Shown: piece by piece, positions 60,926 through 64,000 of the stretch
Layout of the letters: every line of letters begins with the position of its first letter
How positions within the stretch are numbered: the first letter of the stretch is position 1
Made by a program: the position numbers and the translations under genes
Assembly (NCBI RefSeq): GCF_002571385.2
Contig: NW_019218217.1
Location: 104,960-168,959, forward strand
Direction: 5' to 3'
From: Stylophora pistillata
Taxonomy: Eukaryota
Length of the DNA stretch: 64,000 nucleotides
The notes under the pieces: model-generated
Seen by the model: the letters and a program-made list of their open reading frames with translations, nothing else
The model's database searches: none
What the model was told of the DNA's origin: nothing

Positions 60926-63900
60926 ACGGTTGATAGCCGTGTAACAAGCATGAACTCTTTCTGAGATGAAGTTGAACCCCCAAGGCTGTCTACGTTTAAT
61001 AAAGTCATGTAAACTTACAGCGTTTCGTTATGGAAAAGCAGTTATTAACGGAAACAACCACAGCAACTGTAGGTCAGTTCAAAATTGGTGAGTTTTATTC
61101 CTTTTTTTCCCAGTTGGGGTATCTCGAACAAATCTCATTTGTTTCAAGCTCAACTCTACGCAAAACTCTGTGGACTTTCCATGCAGAGGACAGAATTCAA
61201 AACGACTAGAATACTACATATAGAGTCCTCAACTGTTTCACGACCCGTTATGACTGACTGTGAAGTTGGGGATAGAGGAGCATGGTCGAGCAGGATTTTG
61301 GAAAACGTTTGGCAAAAATAATCCAAGTTCAACAGTTTTATATACAAAAATTACTTTAAGAACGACTTATCTTAAATAAAATGACCTCTTGAACTGCTAA
61401 CAATGGGAAAGAGAATTCAATATGATACCTACACACTAGATTTGATAAAGGGAACGAGAAATGTTTCCATCGTCACCTAAGTGATGGCTGTTTTAACACT
61501 AAATCCGTGACTTTCTCCAGTAGTTCAACTATGGGACTTGTCAGGGGAAACTGGCTTTCTGATGTAATATCTGCTACATTTATGAGACAACAAAAATATT
61601 GATGGCAATGATTCATTAGGGATTTGAAGGTTCACTTGTCTAATTTGCCCTTTCATTTCTTCTGCCCCTAATCATTTACTCAACGACAGAAATTTAAATG
61701 TTGATCATTTATGCTTGGGCGTTACAAAAAAATCTTCTTCAACTCATTTAACAGCCTGTATATGTTTTGTTTTGCTTTTGGTTTTGTCTTGTATTTTTTT
61801 CAGTGTTAATTTTCATGTACTTTTTTTAAGACAATGAAGTAAGTTTTCGATTAGTACCACTCCGATATGTCCCCTCTGATAAACCTCTGAATAATTCCTC
61901 TTTCCTCGTCTGCAAGCCTTTGTAATTGATAAACCTTCTAGAGTATCTCAAAACGCTTAATATAAGTTATCAAATATTACAACTGCAACAACAATTGCGG
62001 GAAAAATAGTACAAAAAGATCGTTTGCTATTTATTCTTAATACTCCAAAAAAAAAAAAAAAAATGCCCTCTCAACAAAAATAGCCGAAGAAAACTTACTG
62101 GAGCAGAAATCGAAAGAAAAATAAACGGCATTAATGATTACGAGCAGTCCCGGCTAATAACGTTACTAATAACGTTAAACGTTCCATGATCCTCTGTAAA
62201 AAATATTTCTGAAAATAGAACGAAGATATCAACCTTTGATTATGAGACGCTGCTGTTGTCGTTGGATTAAGGTCGTTCTTAAGATCCCTTAACCCTTAAC
62301 CCTTCACCCTTCAGATTGACCAGCAGCTAATTTCTCCCAACATTGTCGGTGGTAAATCAAACATTAAGGTCACAAGAATAAAGGAAATGGTTGCCGACTG
62401 AAGGAGCGCCATAAGAAATGTAAAAAGAACACTCTGGAGAATATGCATACTGATGTTGTAAAAGTTTTAGGGGTTAAGATATGCACTAATCAACATATGT
62501 TAGTAAAAATCTATCGGCATTCCTTCACTAGTTCTGCTATCTGATTGCCCAACTTACTCGCCTGTAGCCTGAAAATGTGCGTTTGTAACTAAAATAAAAA
62601 TTGAAAAAGACAAGTCTGTCTTGTTTTGACTTAAAAGTTTTAGATTACTAGAAGAAGCAAACTGTAAAGCATTTAGAATATTTCTGTTGTCCTCGTCAAC
62701 CGTCAGGCGATGTGAAATTTGTGTTCAAAATTTAGTTGTTAAATTAAATTGGCCATGGTCGCGTACTATTGGAACTTTGCTTATTTTAAGTTGGTTGCGT
62801 ATTGTCGTATTCTATAGATCACTTTCATAAGTGGCTGCTGGATTAATATTCTTTTGTTTAAATTTAAATTAGCCTTTCTGGCCTCGTTCTCTAGTACAAA
62901 GTTCAAAAGAATACATTATCTCAAGCGAGGCCAGAAAGGCTAATTTAAATTTGAATAAAAGAATATTAATCCGGCAGCCATTTTTGAAAGTGGTCAATTG
63001 GAAAAGAAACGTTGTTGAATTCGTTAATTCCTCAAATTTTCCAAGTGGCGGCAAACCAAGTTGAAACGGTTCCTTTAAAGACACAGATTGACCAAAGTAT
63101 GAACTAATAGACCGTAAATGTCAATCCCCACCGTAAAGAAGGAAAACTGTTTCTTGCACGTTCCGAATAGAGCGAGTAGGAGCTTAGGAAAGGAGCCTTT
63201 CGCCACCTTGAAACGAGTTGCAGTTGTATAAACTTTAAAATATTTGGTTAATCTTTTTGTCCAATGATATTATTTCAATTTGTATTTCTCATTGTTTCGA
63301 TAATTCTTGGAATGAGCAATCTTTTCTAAATGTTTGCTTCTATTCTGCCTCAACCCGTTGACTGCCATAAGTGACCAAGACAGAATTTCTCCTTACTATT
63401 TTAATACAACATCAAGTAGACAAGTGATGAGAATAAAGAAAAGTAAGTCCGCATTGCGTACATGTGTGTCTCACGCCATTGAGCTGCTTTTAGTGTCTGG
63501 TGTCATAATGAGCTTGTTCTAGCTAATAATCTGATTATGGTTAGATAGTTTTCAATATTGTTCCTGCTCATCAATAAAAACAACGATAACTAGCATACAA
63601 TATAGTGCTGAAATGTTCATTAAAGTCAGGGTTAATTGCCAAACTCTGTTGTGGTCTCATTTCGACAACAGAAAACATGAAGATTTTAGGTACTGAAAAA
63701 AAACCTAAACATTATATCACACAGTGGCCTGATAGATTCAGTCATGATTTGTTTACGTAACAAAATGGAATTGGGTTCTGAAGTTTGTAGGTTAATGTTC
63801 TCTTCCAAGGCAAGTGATGTGAAATTAACTCCAGGGAAGCAAGAAAATCTTTGGCATTTTGTGTACCAGTACATAAGGAAAATGATATAATCTACACTAG

Positions 63901-64000
63901 AAGCCATTAGGAGCTTGATTTGGTTTCAATGTATGGCTAATTTTGGACAGTACATATAGAATACTTCATGGTAACTGCGCGCGTACGGTGTTTACGCACG

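Noticed and set aside
62289-62303. Telomere-like TTAACCC repeats
   Set aside because: Only two copies, forming the head of an interspersed repeat.

Overview
AT-rich animal genomic DNA with assembly gaps; the repeat content resembles a stony coral or other anthozoan (inference). Most of the window is intron of one minus-strand host gene that the ORF track misses. It has a signal-peptide exon (55732-55789) and two 111-bp phase-1 LDL-receptor class A exons (53411-53521, 19859-19969). It also has at least 13 candidate 3-6 nt microexons (one between the LDLa exons, the rest after the second), each framed by polypyrimidine tract-AG and GTRAGT. Seven microexon sites, six of them readable, sit one per unit in a ~500-bp tandem array (1080-4505). 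There the exon triplet varies strongly (GGT, GGT, TGT, ACC, TTG, TCT) while the flanks are near-identical, which suggests a combinatorial micro-exon diversification system for a secreted or surface protein. The introns are packed with decayed transposons: BEL/Pao with a nested Harbinger/MADF element, a Penelope-like element with inverted pLTRs and hammerhead motifs, and Cryptons. The largest is a ~27-kb Polinton/Maverick (22024-48972, GGCAAA TSD) carrying nested IS3EU-like, Chapaev3-like, ISL2EU, LINE, SINE and hammerhead-bearing insertions. Nearly all TE ORFs are broken. Splicing of the microexons is predicted from sequence only and needs transcript evidence.
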